Shown in pieces: positions 63,743-64,000 of a stretch of 64,000 bases of DNA. The notes beneath the pieces are model-generated. The model was not told the origin of the DNA and searched no databases. It worked only from the letters and a program-made list of their open reading frames with translations. The DNA is from a virus. The DNA lies in the IMG/VR virus record IMGVR_UViG_3300036790_000366, positions 12,384 to 76,383 of that record. One strand, given 5' to 3'. A program made the position numbers and the translations under genes. The stretch's first letter is position 1, and every line of letters starts with the position of its first letter.

Positions 63743-64000
63743 CCCTACTAAAAATCTTGATCATTTAGGAACTTTCACTCTACGCCTACGTGCTTCCTGG
63801 GGGAAAGTCCGAAGGACCACGAAGTAGTTCTCAGTTCCTAGGTTCTAGGTTCCCCGATCGTTCCCACACGCTGGCTCCTACCGGCGGCACCCCCCCCCCT
63901 GCCTAGCTGTCCGTCCTTGTGTCATGGGGGAAAGTCTTCCGCCGTTCCTCCCTCTAGGGCCTACAGGAGCTCTCCTAGGGCGTGGGACGTCTTGCCGGTC

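Noticed and set aside
1-64000. Prophage/temperate status or alternative genetic code
   Set aside because: No integrase, att-flanked host genes or recognisable repressor module; standard-code ORFs tile the window and all three stop codons end genes. The window edges may hide more

Overview
This window looks like most or all of a GC-rich actinobacterial siphovirus genome. The host is probably Streptomycetales or Catenulisporales, inferred from DUF397 genes, an actinobacterial surface-protein domain and HrdB-like promoters. The minus strand from ~29.7 kb down to 0.1 kb carries a ParB-DUF4417 cassette, large terminase, extended portal, XkdF-like protease, scaffold, major capsid, neck, two tail-tube paralogues, chaperone, tape measure, baseplate/fibre genes, a lysis cassette and a tailspike. 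The minus strand from ~46 kb down to 29.7 kb carries early and replication genes: MoxR AAA plus vWA, SSB, DnaE, RecA, Cas4-like nuclease and RuvC. The plus strand from 46.7 to 62 kb carries DnaB, primase and about 35 small accessory genes. A repeat-rich non-coding region (62.0-62.65 kb) lies next to a TerS-like gene. I recognise no integrase, CRISPR array or reverse transcriptase. The most notable observations are: (1) a packaging-linked ParB-DUF4417 enzyme followed by two Gly-initiating basic proteins, plus a portal carrying ParB, HiPIP-like and Zn modules; (2) a tRNA mimic without a proper anticodon arm; (3) a ~450-nt structured non-coding region with mutually exclusive pairings; (4) an apparent +1 chaperone frameshift followed by three tandem amber stops; (5) a shared basic terminal motif on unrelated proteins; (6) orphan DUF397 genes. 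All family calls come from motif recognition by eye; no searches were run.
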